DNA from: Planctomycetota bacterium
GTDB lineage: Bacteria > Planctomycetota > MHYJ01 > WSZJ01
DNA length: 44,880 nt
Assembly: GCA_038060895.1 (NCBI GenBank)
Contig: JBBTCT010000035.1
Location: forward strand, 1 to 44,880
Direction: 5' to 3'
Shown: piece by piece, positions 27,561 through 37,661 of the stretch
Numbering within the stretch: position 1 is the stretch's first letter
Layout of the letters: every line of letters begins with the position of its first letter
Notes under the pieces: model-generated
Databases searched by the model: none
What the model saw: the letters and a program-made list of their open reading frames with translations, nothing else
What the model was told of the DNA's origin: nothing
Made by a program: the position numbers and the translations under genes

Positions 27561-27903
27561 GATGAGGTTGTCCGTGATTGGGGAAGCGGCGGATGATAAC
27601 GGTGATGTCGAGGAACGCGAAATGAGCGTGCTCGGGCGCGTCGGCGATGGCAGCGCTGGATCCCCGAACGACCTCCTGCGACCGCCGGCTGCCCTCGCAG
27701 CCCTTCTTCGCGCAGCTCGCCAACATCCTGCAAGTATCGCTCGCAACGGCGAGGCGTTGGGAGGAAGGGACCGGTGGTCGTCCCGGCCCGCGCGCTGCTG
27801 TCGCAGTTGCTTTGACCACCCCCCGGCGCTTTCTCAGATTCTGCGGAACTCGAGTCCATTCCAGGACGTCCAAGGACGTCACCATTGCCCCGGAGCCACC
27901 GAC

Positions 27904-29058
27904 ATGATGCGCACGCGCCCGCACCCCTTCCTGTCCTGCCTTCTTGCCGCCTCGGCGATCGTGACTCCGGCCTGGGCCGACGATGGGGACGACCTCGAGG
28001 AGCCTGCCGGGCGACGGCCGGCGGCCGGTGAGGAAGGCGCGCCCGGGTTCGCTCCTCGCGACCGGAAGGAGAACATGGAGCGCGGTCCCGTCCAGGAGCT
28101 TGTGTACACCCGGTCGGACGTGAAGGCTTCCGAGGAGAAGGTGGCGGCGATTCCGGGTGGATTCGTGATTCGCGAAGGAAAGGCGTTCGCCCGGTACGAC
28201 GCCGCGGGGAAGAACCGGAAGGTCGTGTGCGAGGTTGAAGGAAAAGTGGCGGACTGGCTGGTGGCCAGCGACGGGATCCGCTTCGTGGTTTCTGCGGACG
28301 GACGCGTCTATTCCACGTTGTTGGACGGCGGGGGCGAAGTCGAACTCGGGAAGACGGCCGGCGGCCCCCTTTCCTGCTCGACAGGCGGGTGGATCGCGTT
28401 CGCGGACGAGAAGGGCGGCGCGGTGTCGGTTTCTCCCGATGGCAAGACGACGCGCCGCGCAACCGTCCCGGCCGGCTTGAAGGTGACCGCGGCCGGAGCT
28501 TCGGCGGACGGCCAGCGCCTCTTCGCTCTCCTCGCCCCCGTGGCCGACGCCGCGGCGACTGCGATGGGAGCGGCGGATTTCGCGGGGAACGCGGACGTCG
28601 AATTGAAAGTCGTCCACAGCGAAGCGCAGGCGACGCTTCACGGCCTCGCGGTCGTCGCCCCGAAATCGCGGCTCGTCTCGCGCCGCGTCCCGACGGCCGG
28701 CCCGGCCGCGATGGAAAGCGTCCTCTCGATCGATCCCGACGGTGGGAAGGAGTTCACTCTAGCGACGGCCGCGAAACTCGGCGATCCCTCGCTGGCCCCC
28801 GGCGGCGGGCTGGTCTGGTTCGCGGGGAAGGGCGTGAACGGGCGCATGAAGGTCTGGCGTTCGGAAGCGCAGCCGAGCGGAACCGTGAATACCGCCCGCG
28901 GCATCGTTGACTGCCACGAGCTCTTTTCGTTCCCGGACACCGATTGCCTGGCGCCGGCGTGCCTCTGGAAAGATCCCGCGATGCTCTTCCTCGAAAAGGG
29001 CGCCGACGGGGTCGCCAAAGTCGTCCGCGTGACCTGGAAGCCCGCGCTGGTCAAGTAG
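27904..29058 (+). CDS. Exported hypothetical protein, probable beta-propeller
   Basis: Signal peptide ending PAWA; repeated SxDG turns (ASDG, SADG, SPDG); GGAG SD. Confidence 0.55.
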   Translation: MMRTRPHPFLSCLLAASAIVTPAWADDGDDLEEPAGRRPAAGEEGAPGFAPRDRKENMERGPVQELVYTRSDVKASEEKVAAIPGGFVIREGKAFARYDAAGKNRKVVCEVEGKVADWLVASDGIRFVVSADGRVYSTLLDGGGEVELGKTAGGPLSCSTGGWIAFADEKGGAVSVSPDGKTTRRATVPAGLKVTAAGASADGQRLFALLAPVADAAATAMGAADFAGNADVELKVVHSEAQATLHGLAVVAPKSRLVSRRVPTAGPAAMESVLSIDPDGGKEFTLATAAKLGDPSLAPGGGLVWFAGKGVNGRMKVWRSEAQPSGTVNTARGIVDCHELFSFPDTDCLAPACLWKDPAMLFLEKGADGVAKVVRVTWKPALVK

Positions 29059-29104
29059 GTTCGGTGGTAGCCTGTCGCCGCTTCTCATTCGCGGAGACTG
29101 AACC

Positions 29105-29416
29105 ATGTCCGTGCTGCTCGAGTTCTCGATGTCGCCGCTCGACAAAGGGGAGTCCGTAGGAAAGTACGTTGCCCGTAGTCTCGCCATCATCGACCGCTCG
29201 GGCGTCCCGTACCGCCTGAATCCGATGGGCACGGTGCTGGAAGGGAACTGGGACGAGGTGATGGAGGTCGTGAAGCGCTGCTACACCGCGATGTCGAAGG
29301 ACTGCCGCCGCGTCTCCTGCTCCATCAAGGTCGATGCGCGAAAGGGGAAGGACGGCAGGATCGATTCGAAGGTGAGGAGCGTTGAGAAAAGGCTCCAGCG
29401 CAGGTTGCGCGGGTAA
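29105..29416 (+). CDS. Thiamine-binding protein, MTH1187/YkoF-like family
   Basis: LEFSMSPLDKGESVGKYVA...YRLNPMGTVLEG...RIDSKVRSVE. Confidence 0.9.
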   Translation: MSVLLEFSMSPLDKGESVGKYVARSLAIIDRSGVPYRLNPMGTVLEGNWDEVMEVVKRCYTAMSKDCRRVSCSIKVDARKGKDGRIDSKVRSVEKRLQRRLRG

Positions 29417-29452
29417 GGGCCCGCCCGTCGTTGCTGGTATGCTCCTTTGCCC

Positions 29453-32326
29453 ATGCGAAATCTCCCCGTGTCGGCATTCCTGCTCGCGATTCTTTCAGGG
29501 TGCGACTCCAAGGCGCCTCCTCCTTCGACCGGGACCCCCGTCGCCGGCCGGACGATCCGCGGCAGTGTCAGCAGGGAAGAAGGTGGCCGCGTTGGCGAAG
29601 CGGACAGCGCCACGCTCACGGTTCCCCCGGGCGCCGTTGACCGATTCGTCCAGGTCTCACTCCAGAAGGAGCCGGCGGAAACGCACGAATCGGAGACCGT
29701 GCACCTCGCCGGGGCGGTCTGGAGTTTCAGGGTCAACGACGAGGAGCACTTCACATTTTCCAAGCCGGTCCGGCTGACTCTCCCGCTGGATCCCTCGCTC
29801 GTGTTCGCGGACACGCCGGTTGGCCTTTCGGTGTGGCAGGAGGGAGCGTGGCAGGAAGTTCCGGAAGCGCGCGTTGAAGCCGGGCAGGTCGTCGCGGACG
29901 TCGATCACTTCAGCAAGTACGCGCCGACGCAGGGCGCGGGGAAGAGCGCTTCCCAGGAGAATCTCCGGAAGCGCTTCTTCGAAAACCAGTTGTGGTACGG
30001 CACCGTGCACATTTCGATCCGGGGCGCGGGCCATCGCAGCGGGGATGTGGAGCAGAGTTACACGATTTGCCGGGATGCGGCGGTCAAGTTCCGTATTCCC
30101 GGCATGCCGGGCGAGCAGGCCACCGCCGCCGCCTACGCGCAGATGCAGAAGAACAAGGACCCGGGCCCCAAGCCGAAGGGATTCGATGCCCAGATGGAGA
30201 GACTCTCGAAGGTGCGGCACTGGATGAGCGCGGTCATCAATCCCGGGCCCGAGGATGACACGGAATTCAGCCTCTCGGTCGCCGACAAGTTCGACTCTTC
30301 GGGGGAAGATTGGGGCGAGGGAGGATCGACGGGCCGTGTCACTTTCGGCCAGGAGCTGAAGGGAGGCCTCGCGGGCAAGCGTAAGGAAATGCACCAGCTG
30401 GAGATCGACATCGCGAAGGGAACGTACTCGTTCGAGATGGGCCAGATCCGGGCGGGCGACGTGACGCTGACGAAAACGGGGGATGAGGTGCCCTTCACGC
30501 CGGAAACCGTGCCGGCGTTCGTGAGGTGGCAGCTGAAGGACCGGAAGCTGCCGTCGTCGGGGAGTGTGCTGACGGGGACGATGCGGATTCCCCGCAAGGA
30601 ATTCGGGAAATACATCACCGAGCGCGGCGACTGGAAGTTCCGGTACGGCTCCGTGCAGGGAACGATCACGTGGACGCTCTCGCCCGAGCCGCTGGAGGAT
30701 GTGGTTCTCGAGATCAAGCCGGAGAACTACGACAAATGGCTGCCCGAGGGTGGCGCCGACGAGAAAACTCGGGGTAACTCAATTCGGATGAAGGCGACGC
30801 TTCGGCGGCGCGACGGCGGCACGACGACGGCGAAGCTGAAGACCCTGGAGCTCGAGATCAACGGAGTGTCGAGGGAGAAGGGCGTCTGCCTGAATTTCCC
30901 GCTCAAAGACGGGGCGGAGACACCGGATTTGAAGTTTGCAGCCGGGACCGGATTCACGCTGGAGAAAGAGGACACGTTTCTTCGCAAGGAGGGGAAGTTC
31001 ACCGAGGTCGACTTCGAGGTCGAGTCCTTCGACTGGGGAGGCTGGGGTGCGGTCACCGGGCTGGGGATCCTGACCGACGGCCGGCCGGTCTGGGCGACGC
31101 TTGAAGGGGATCCGTCGCTGGACGAGGTGCGCCTTCCGAAGCGCACGGAGGAATCAAAAGTGGCCGACGCCTGGAAGAAGGACAACAAGGTCGAGGACAA
31201 GGCTGACGCGGACGACGCGGAGCAGCTCATCAAGGCCGGCAAGGCGCCCGGTGACGGCTTTGCGCTCTACGAGGAATACCGCGGATTCATGGAAAACGGG
31301 AAGCACCTGAAGGGCGACCCGAGAAAGATCGACTTCTTCGTGCGCAACTACGTGGGAGGCGACGCCGTGGTGGGGATCGAGCGGTTCGCGCAGCTCACGG
31401 GGGCCCTGGTGCACCACGAGCTGAACGATGCCGAGTTTGACAGGGAAACGCGCGTCATGAACGCGAACCACACCCAGGGGGCGCACGCCGTCGACCAGCA
31501 CGGCGTGTATCTTCTCACCGAGTCCGGTACGGACGGCGCGGTGACGGTGTTCACCGTGGCGGGCGTCCGGGGCCGGCCGAAGATCACCAAGGGCATCTCG
31601 GTCCAGCCGCGCGGCGCTTCGACGTCGATCACCACCAGTGAAAACCTCCCCGCTTTCGACCTCATGTCAACCTACGACATTGCGATCGCGCACGAACTGC
31701 TGCACTCCGTGGGCGTCGAGCATCACGGGAAGGGCGACGAGAGGAAGTTCTTCACCTTCTTCTTCGCCGACGATCCTGGCAACCCGACCGGCAAGGCCGC
31801 CTGGAAACAGTATGACCACTTCGTCACCATCCTCGACGAGACGACGGGGCGCGACCTGGCCGCCGAGATGGAGTCCGCAATCCGGCGCAAACTCGAATCC
31901 CAGAATCAAGCCATCCGGAATGCGCTGAAGGAGATGCTGAAGCAAAGGCCTGACGTCAAACTCACCGACAAGCAGCTCGAGGATTTTCTGAAAGTCGACA
32001 GCACCGATCTCCGTTGCTGGTATGTCGGAGCCCAGGGTGGCGAGTGCTCCGGCGACGATGGCTGCGTGATGCGCTACTTCTTCGCGCGTCTCTATGAGAA
32101 AAAGAGCGATCCTTCGCACAACACCTTCTACTACATCAGCAAGAAACCTTCCGAGCGCCTGGGCCGGGGGCTGTGCCGCTCGGCCCTGGGGACCGGCGTG
32201 AACGCTTCCGGGCACAAGCCCCAACCGCGCTACGGCAACGCCATGGGCGGCTGCGGCGCGTGCGCCGACTGGATCGTGTTCAACGACGCGGTGCCACCGG
32301 ATCCGGAACCGGTGGAGAAAAAATGA
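29453..32326 (+). CDS. Large lipoprotein with ZU5-like N-terminal domain and C-terminal zincin motif
   Basis: Lipobox ILSGC; GGRV..ATLTVPPGAV...FSKPVRLTLP...VDHFSKYA (ZU5-like); AHELLHSVGVEH (HExxHxxGxxH) and CVMRY Met-turn-like segment. Confidence 0.65.
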   Translation: MRNLPVSAFLLAILSGCDSKAPPPSTGTPVAGRTIRGSVSREEGGRVGEADSATLTVPPGAVDRFVQVSLQKEPAETHESETVHLAGAVWSFRVNDEEHFTFSKPVRLTLPLDPSLVFADTPVGLSVWQEGAWQEVPEARVEAGQVVADVDHFSKYAPTQGAGKSASQENLRKRFFENQLWYGTVHISIRGAGHRSGDVEQSYTICRDAAVKFRIPGMPGEQATAAAYAQMQKNKDPGPKPKGFDAQMERLSKVRHWMSAVINPGPEDDTEFSLSVADKFDSSGEDWGEGGSTGRVTFGQELKGGLAGKRKEMHQLEIDIAKGTYSFEMGQIRAGDVTLTKTGDEVPFTPETVPAFVRWQLKDRKLPSSGSVLTGTMRIPRKEFGKYITERGDWKFRYGSVQGTITWTLSPEPLEDVVLEIKPENYDKWLPEGGADEKTRGNSIRMKATLRRRDGGTTTAKLKTLELEINGVSREKGVCLNFPLKDGAETPDLKFAAGTGFTLEKEDTFLRKEGKFTEVDFEVESFDWGGWGAVTGLGILTDGRPVWATLEGDPSLDEVRLPKRTEESKVADAWKKDNKVEDKADADDAEQLIKAGKAPGDGFALYEEYRGFMENGKHLKGDPRKIDFFVRNYVGGDAVVGIERFAQLTGALVHHELNDAEFDRETRVMNANHTQGAHAVDQHGVYLLTESGTDGAVTVFTVAGVRGRPKITKGISVQPRGASTSITTSENLPAFDLMSTYDIAIAHELLHSVGVEHHGKGDERKFFTFFFADDPGNPTGKAAWKQYDHFVTILDETTGRDLAAEMESAIRRKLESQNQAIRNALKEMLKQRPDVKLTDKQLEDFLKVDSTDLRCWYVGAQGGECSGDDGCVMRYFFARLYEKKSDPSHNTFYYISKKPSERLGRGLCRSALGTGVNASGHKPQPRYGNAMGGCGACADWIVFNDAVPPDPEPVEKK

Positions 32327-33165
32327 AACGCCTCCTCAGGATCCCGTTCCTCGCTCTCGTCGCGGCGGCCACCGCCCGCGCGGAATCCCCTGCGCCGAAA
32401 ATCGCGTTGAGCGTCGACGGCCATCTCGCGCCGACAGCCGCGCCCCAGGCGCTATGGCGCGGCGAGCCGGTGATCGTGGGAGTCGTTCTGCGCCATCCTG
32501 ATCCCGATTCGAAGGCGCCGATCTCCCTCGAACCGCCCGAAGGCGGCTGGGCTACCCGCGTGAAGATCGTGGTGAAGGACGCCGGCGGAGCGGTCGTCGC
32601 CTGGCCGTTTGTGGTCGCCGGAAAACCGTCCGGCGGCGCGCTTGCGCTTCAGCCCGGCGCCGTCACCACCCTGGTGCTCCGCATCGATGCGGCCTCGCTC
32701 GCCTCCCTCGCCAAGGGGCGCTTCCGCCTGGTCGCGCGACTCGAGTTGCAGGACGGTCGCGGCTGGCAGGGCGAAGTTCAGAGCGCAGCGGCCGAAGTCG
32801 ACGTGATCGAGCCGCCGGCGGCGCCCGCGGGCGCCGAGCTCGGCCGTCGGCAGATCCGCCGCGTGCAGGACGCGCTTCTGGCCGGCGATTTCCCACGGGC
32901 CGAAGCGGCCGCCGGGGAGATGCTGTTTGCCGGGCGCGAGCGGTCCGAGGGCTGGGTCGCTCTGGCGCTTGTGCTGGAGGCCAAGGGACAGCTTCGGGAG
33001 GCGTTGAGCGCGATCGAGAAGGCGATCCCGCTTGCAGCGGGAGCGACTGCAAAGGAGCCCGGGCCTGTCCCGCCGGAATACGAGGACCTGCGCCGCCGGC
33101 TCGAAGGCCTGGTCGCGGACAGCGACGCCAAACCCGGGGAACCCGCGACACCGGGTCCGAAATAG
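32323..33165 (+). CDS. Exported protein with C-terminal TPR-like helices
   Basis: ATGA overlap with the upstream gene; signal peptide; GWVALALVLEAKGQLREALSAIEKAI TPR pattern. Confidence 0.6.
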   Translation: MKRLLRIPFLALVAAATARAESPAPKIALSVDGHLAPTAAPQALWRGEPVIVGVVLRHPDPDSKAPISLEPPEGGWATRVKIVVKDAGGAVVAWPFVVAGKPSGGALALQPGAVTTLVLRIDAASLASLAKGRFRLVARLELQDGRGWQGEVQSAAAEVDVIEPPAAPAGAELGRRQIRRVQDALLAGDFPRAEAAAGEMLFAGRERSEGWVALALVLEAKGQLREALSAIEKAIPLAAGATAKEPGPVPPEYEDLRRRLEGLVADSDAKPGEPATPGPK

Positions 33166-33208
33166 AGGGGACGGCAACCGCGCTTTTCAGGCGAGAGGGA
33201 GGCAGCCG

Positions 33209-33325
33209 ATGAAGTGGATCACCCGTGCGATGCAGGCCGCGGAGTTCCCGATGTATGACGCGCTCTACGCATACTGCCAGGAGATAGTGAAGCGCGGAAA
33301 GCCGGACGGGGCGTTTCGCAGTTGA
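33209..33325 (+). pseudogene. Internally deleted ChrB-like (chromate resistance protein family) remnant
   Basis: 38-aa ORF with GGGAGG SD: MKWITR (family N-terminus) joined almost directly to FPMYDALYAYC (family C-terminus). Confidence 0.6.
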
Positions 33326-34545
33326 CGTCCCGGCTCTCGCGGGATGCCCGCATCCTGTTCGCGACGCGCTTTCTCCGGCTCTTCGCCTACGGCGGGCTGG
33401 CGACGGTTTTGCTGTTGCACCTCGCGGCGGCCGGGATGTCGGAACGGCAAGCGGGGCTCCTTCTGACCGCGGCGCTTCTCGGCGACACGGCGATCTCGCT
33501 CGCGCTCACGACGGCTGCGGACCGCTTCGGACGGCGTAAAACCCTGCTGGCCGGCGCCGTGCTCATGCTGCTGGCGGGCGCTGTCTTTGCCGTCACCGCG
33601 AACCCGGTGATCCTCCTCCTCGCGGCGATCGTCGGGGTGATCAGCCCCAGCGGAAGCGAAGTCGGGCCATTCATTGCGGTAGAGCAGGCGTCGCTGGCCG
33701 AGGTGTCGCTGGAAGCGGACCGGACGGCGATCCTCAGCTGGTACAACCTGACCGGGTCAGTGGGGACGGCGCTGGGGTCGCTCGCCGCGGGACTCGCGGT
33801 GAAATTCCTCGAGGCGAGCGGCCTCCCGGCGGCAGAGGCGTACCGCAGCATCGTCGTCGCTTACGGCGCCTGCGGGGTCGTGCTCGGCCTCCTGTTCCTG
33901 CTCCTGCGCCGCAACGTCGAGCCGTGCGCACCCGCGCCGACGGCCCCCCTCTTCCTGGGGCTGCACAAGTCGCGCGCCGTCGTCTTCCGCCTGTCGGCGC
34001 TCTTCGCCCTCGACGGCTTCGGCGGCGCGTTCGTGCTGCAGGCCGTCGTCGCGTACTGGTTCCACGTGAGGCACGGGGTGCCCGAGGCCACGCTCGGCGC
34101 GATTTTCTTTGGCGCCAATCTGCTCGCCGGCTTGTCGGGACTCGTCGCTTCGCGGATCGCGAAGCGCTTTGGCCTCATCAACACGATGGTCTTCACTCAC
34201 CTGCCCTCAAACGTCCTCCTCATCCTTGTCCCCTTCATGCCGACGCCCGCGCTTGCCGTCGCTGTCCTTCTCGCGCGCTTCTCCCTTTCCCAGATGGACG
34301 TCCCCACGCGGCAGGCATTTATGTTTTCGGTCGTCGACGCTGACGAGCGTTCTGCCGCAGCCGGTGTCACGGGCGTCGCGCGCACCACCGGCGCCGCCCT
34401 GGCGCCCGTCTTCGTCGGCCCGCTTCTCGCCAGTCCCGCGCTGGCAGGCGTGCCGTTCTTCGTCGCAGGCGCCCTCAAAATCGCATACGACCTGCTTCTC
34501 TATCGCAGCTTCAGGCGCGTCCATCCGCCCGGCTTGAAGGCATAA
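33322..34545 (+). CDS. MFS transporter
   Basis: About 12 hydrophobic segments; ADRFGRRK motif A; SQMDVPTRQ; TTG start overlaps the upstream stop. Confidence 0.9.
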   Translation: MTSRLSRDARILFATRFLRLFAYGGLATVLLLHLAAAGMSERQAGLLLTAALLGDTAISLALTTAADRFGRRKTLLAGAVLMLLAGAVFAVTANPVILLLAAIVGVISPSGSEVGPFIAVEQASLAEVSLEADRTAILSWYNLTGSVGTALGSLAAGLAVKFLEASGLPAAEAYRSIVVAYGACGVVLGLLFLLLRRNVEPCAPAPTAPLFLGLHKSRAVVFRLSALFALDGFGGAFVLQAVVAYWFHVRHGVPEATLGAIFFGANLLAGLSGLVASRIAKRFGLINTMVFTHLPSNVLLILVPFMPTPALAVAVLLARFSLSQMDVPTRQAFMFSVVDADERSAAAGVTGVARTTGAALAPVFVGPLLASPALAGVPFFVAGALKIAYDLLLYRSFRRVHPPGLKA

Positions 34546-34552
34546 TGACCCC

Positions 34553-35392
34553 ATGAAGCGCCTCGATCTCGTGGCCCTTGCCGTTTCGCTGGTCGCGCTG
34601 ACATTTTGCCTCGCCCTCCTTTTTCAGAATCGTTCCCTGAGGCACGAGCGCGACGAAGCGGTGGCCGCGGTCCGGGCTGAAGCCCAGGCGGCGCTGGAGG
34701 GGCGGCACAGGGCAGTGGAAGAGGAGCGACGAGTCGCGGCCGAGTTGAAGAATCACGGCAGCGCGGTGAGGGCCCTCGAAGCGGATCTCCTGGCGTTGCG
34801 GGAGAAAACGGCGGCGATACCGGCGCCGCCGAAGGTCGTCGCGGAGCAGAAGCCGAAGGAACTTCCGGTGGAAGAAGGAAAGCACCGCAACCCGCTTCGG
34901 GTCGGCCAGGAGCCGACGAAGGAGATGTTGGAATCGCTCGGCCTCGATCCGCTGGGAGAGGCTGCCTTGCGGAAGGCGATCAAGGACGAGGAGGCGCGTG
35001 TGCTCGAAGGCCTCCGGAAGCTGTACCTGGAGATGGTCGATCCGGCCGATCACCGGCTCGAGGACCGGTCGGGGCAGGAGATGATCATGGCCCTGGCGGA
35101 CAAGCTGAAGGCGGAAATCGCCGAGGTCGAGAAACTGCCGCAAGAGACCAGGCAGAAATTTGAGAAGCACGAGATCTCGCTTGAGGAGCTGCTCGGCGAG
35201 GAAAACCGGATCTCGCGCGTTGCGCGGGCGTTGCATGCGGCCCGCGCGTTGACCTACGACGACCTCGTGCGGCATCTCACTCCCGAACAGCTCGCCGTGA
35301 TCCGGAAGGACTACCTGCCGGAGGGGACATTCCAGTGGCCCAATGATGTTGACATCGAGCTGGGGCCGGCGCCGAAGGATCTGAAACGGTAA
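34553..35392 (+). CDS. Membrane-anchored coiled-coil hypothetical protein
   Basis: N-terminal TM helix, then E/K/A-rich helical sequence; coding-like composition. Confidence 0.65.
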   Translation: MKRLDLVALAVSLVALTFCLALLFQNRSLRHERDEAVAAVRAEAQAALEGRHRAVEEERRVAAELKNHGSAVRALEADLLALREKTAAIPAPPKVVAEQKPKELPVEEGKHRNPLRVGQEPTKEMLESLGLDPLGEAALRKAIKDEEARVLEGLRKLYLEMVDPADHRLEDRSGQEMIMALADKLKAEIAEVEKLPQETRQKFEKHEISLEELLGEENRISRVARALHAARALTYDDLVRHLTPEQLAVIRKDYLPEGTFQWPNDVDIELGPAPKDLKR

Positions 35393-35453
35393 CGGCGCGC
35401 CAGGAACCGATAGCCAGCGAACGGATTGCGCGGCGAATTCCCTCGCCCAATCG

Positions 35454-35657
35454 TCACACACCCCGACACTTCAGCGCACTGTCCAGCGCTTCCACCAGCC
35501 GGGCGACCTCCGCCGGCGAGACGTAATGCAGCAGGCTCGCGCGCACGTCGACGCGGCGATGCGGCGCGACGCGGACAATGTTGGAGACGCGTGTGAAGCA
35601 GACGAGTTTCGTCCGGGCGCCGAGCACGGCGTCTCGAAACGATCCGGGGGTGCTCAT
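35454..35657 (-). pseudogene. Remnant of a class V aminotransferase (cysteine desulfurase-like) gene
   Basis: RTKLVCFTRVSNI (central motif) fused to VRASLLHYVSPAEVARLVEAL (C-terminal motif) within 67 aa. Confidence 0.55.
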
Positions 35658-35734
35658 GCGCCGAAGTGTACGCAGACTGAATTCAATGAAGTAAGTTCCC
35701 GGACAATTCCGGAACCGAGGACAGGGAGGCGCGG

Positions 35735-36484
35735 GTGAAACGGCTCATGTCAGGCGCTGTGATCGTCGGAGTGATGCTGACTTTCCTGGCCGCGGGGTGC
35801 GGTAAGAACCAGGGGCCTTCGGCCGGGGATGTCATCGAGGCGCGAAAACCCGAAGCGCTGAAGAAGCGAGACGCGCTCGTGACGGTCCTGGACGCGGCGG
35901 CGAAGCTTCCCGCGCTGAAGGCGCCGGAAGGCGCGGTGGATCCGGCCATGGACGTGCAGCCCCTGGCCCGCAATTCGCCTGCAACCAGCCCCTCCTGGAA
36001 CTGCCTCGTCCTGCACGACGTGCAGGTGTCGATCCTGAGGGATCCCTCAAAACCCGGTCCCGCAGGCACAATCTGGCTTCCCGAGCGCGCTTCACGGCTC
36101 GCGCTCGAAGCCGCCGTCACCGGCCGCGCTGACGGGTCGCCCGCCGACATCAAGTCCCAGGGAGAACTGAACGAGTGGTTCGACGCTCTCGCAGGGCTCA
36201 AGTACGCCATCGTTATCCACTCGATCGAATACACGCTCCCGATGGCAGAAGGGAAGACGTTCACGCAGGGCAGGTGCGTGTGCGAAGCGCGCGTTTATCG
36301 GCTCGAGGGGGCGACCTACCTTGGAGGATTCCGGTTCGCCGCCTCCGGGACGAGTGAGAGCGTCCAGGCGTGGGGAGGGAAGTCCCAGATGTACGTCGAA
36401 ATCGATTTCAAGCGGTTTGCCGAAGCGGCGTTCAATGCCGAGCTGAAGAAGCTGTTTCCGGGCACGGGGACTGAGATTCGATAG
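35735..36484 (+). CDS. Hypothetical lipoprotein
   Basis: GGGAGG SD, GTG start, lipobox LAAGC. Confidence 0.7.
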   Translation: MKRLMSGAVIVGVMLTFLAAGCGKNQGPSAGDVIEARKPEALKKRDALVTVLDAAAKLPALKAPEGAVDPAMDVQPLARNSPATSPSWNCLVLHDVQVSILRDPSKPGPAGTIWLPERASRLALEAAVTGRADGSPADIKSQGELNEWFDALAGLKYAIVIHSIEYTLPMAEGKTFTQGRCVCEARVYRLEGATYLGGFRFAASGTSESVQAWGGKSQMYVEIDFKRFAEAAFNAELKKLFPGTGTEIR

Positions 36485-36538
36485 TCTCCTTCCGCCGCGT
36501 GCGCCGCGGGGGGGCAGGGCACCGGCACGCGCCGGCTG

Positions 36539-37621
36539 CTACCCGTTCAGTGCGGGGTAGTCCGTGTATCCCTTTTCTCCCGCCGAGTAGAACGTCTTCA
36601 TGTCGGCCTCCGTGAGCTTCGCGCCCGTCCGCAGGCGCTCGGGGAGGTCGGGATTGGCGAGGAAGGGTCGTCCGAAAGCAATGAGGTCGCCGCGTCCGGC
36701 GGCGAGGTCCTGGTTGGCGCGCTCGAGCGTGTATCCGCCGGAGAGAATCGTCGCGCCCTTGAACGCCGCCCGCATCCGGTCGACGGTCGCCGGATCGACC
36801 TTTGGCGCGCCCATCGAAGTGTGGTCGACGATGTGCAGGCAGGCGAGGCCGAGGCCGCCCAACTCTTTCGCGAGCGACGTGTAGACGGCGTCGATTTCGG
36901 GGAAGGGCGCGATGTCGTTGAACACGCCATAGGGCGACAACCGGATCCCGACGCGGTCCTTGCCGATCGCGGCGGCCACGCCGGCCGCAACTTCGAGGGC
37001 GAAGCGGCTCCGCTTTTCGATCGTCCCGCCGTAGGCATCGTCGCGGCGATTCGAGCCCGGGTTGATGAACTGCTCCATCAGGTAGCCGTTCGCGGAGTGC
37101 AGCTCGACGCCGTCGAATCCTGCTTCCCGCGCGTTCTTCGCGCCCTGCACGAATTCGCGGATCGCGGTCTTGATGTCTTCGAGCGTCATCTCGCGCGGCA
37201 CGGGGTGCGGCTGAAGCCCCTCCTGGTCCGTGAACATTTTCCCCTTCGCCACGACCGCCGACGGCCCGACGATCTCGGCGCCGGCCGGGAGGTTGAGCGG
37301 ATGCCCGACGCGTCCGGTGTGCATGATCTGCAGGAAGATCCGGCCGCCCTTCGCGTGCACGGCCGCGGTCACTTCCTTCCAGCCCGCCACCTGCGCCGGC
37401 GAGTAAATCCCGGGGATGCGCGCGTAACCTAGGCCATTCGGCGAAGGCGACGTCCCTTCCGTGACGATGAGGCCTGCGCTCGCCCGCTGGGCGTAATAGG
37501 TCGCGACGATCGGGCCCGGAATGTTCCCGATCGAGCGGCTCCGCGTCATCGGGGACATCACGATGCGATTGGGAAGGGTCAGCGGGCCGAGCGTGAAGGG
37601 AGCGAAGACGTTGATGGCCAT
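36539..37621 (-). CDS. Alkene reductase, old yellow enzyme (NemA-like) family
   Basis: NRIVMSPMTRSR, YYAQRASAGLI, ELHSANGYL, FGRPFLANPDL, GYTDYP. Confidence 0.93.
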   Translation of the reverse strand: MAINVFAPFTLGPLTLPNRIVMSPMTRSRSIGNIPGPIVATYYAQRASAGLIVTEGTSPSPNGLGYARIPGIYSPAQVAGWKEVTAAVHAKGGRIFLQIMHTGRVGHPLNLPAGAEIVGPSAVVAKGKMFTDQEGLQPHPVPREMTLEDIKTAIREFVQGAKNAREAGFDGVELHSANGYLMEQFINPGSNRRDDAYGGTIEKRSRFALEVAAGVAAAIGKDRVGIRLSPYGVFNDIAPFPEIDAVYTSLAKELGGLGLACLHIVDHTSMGAPKVDPATVDRMRAAFKGATILSGGYTLERANQDLAAGRGDLIAFGRPFLANPDLPERLRTGAKLTEADMKTFYSAGEKGYTDYPALNG

Positions 37622-37661
37622 GGTGCGGTGTCCTTTTTGAAGCGGTCCTGGGGCGCGGATG

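Noticed and set aside
27561-27746. Arg-rich in-frame extension (RAARRRAARAAGGRRR) upstream of argF' as an arginine attenuator leader
   Set aside because: TTG start without a clear SD, no stop or terminator before the gene, and Arg-rich frames are common by chance in GC-rich DNA.
34190-34200. TTCACTCAC matching one arm of the shared operator
   Set aside because: Half-site only, inside the MFS coding region, with no promoter context.
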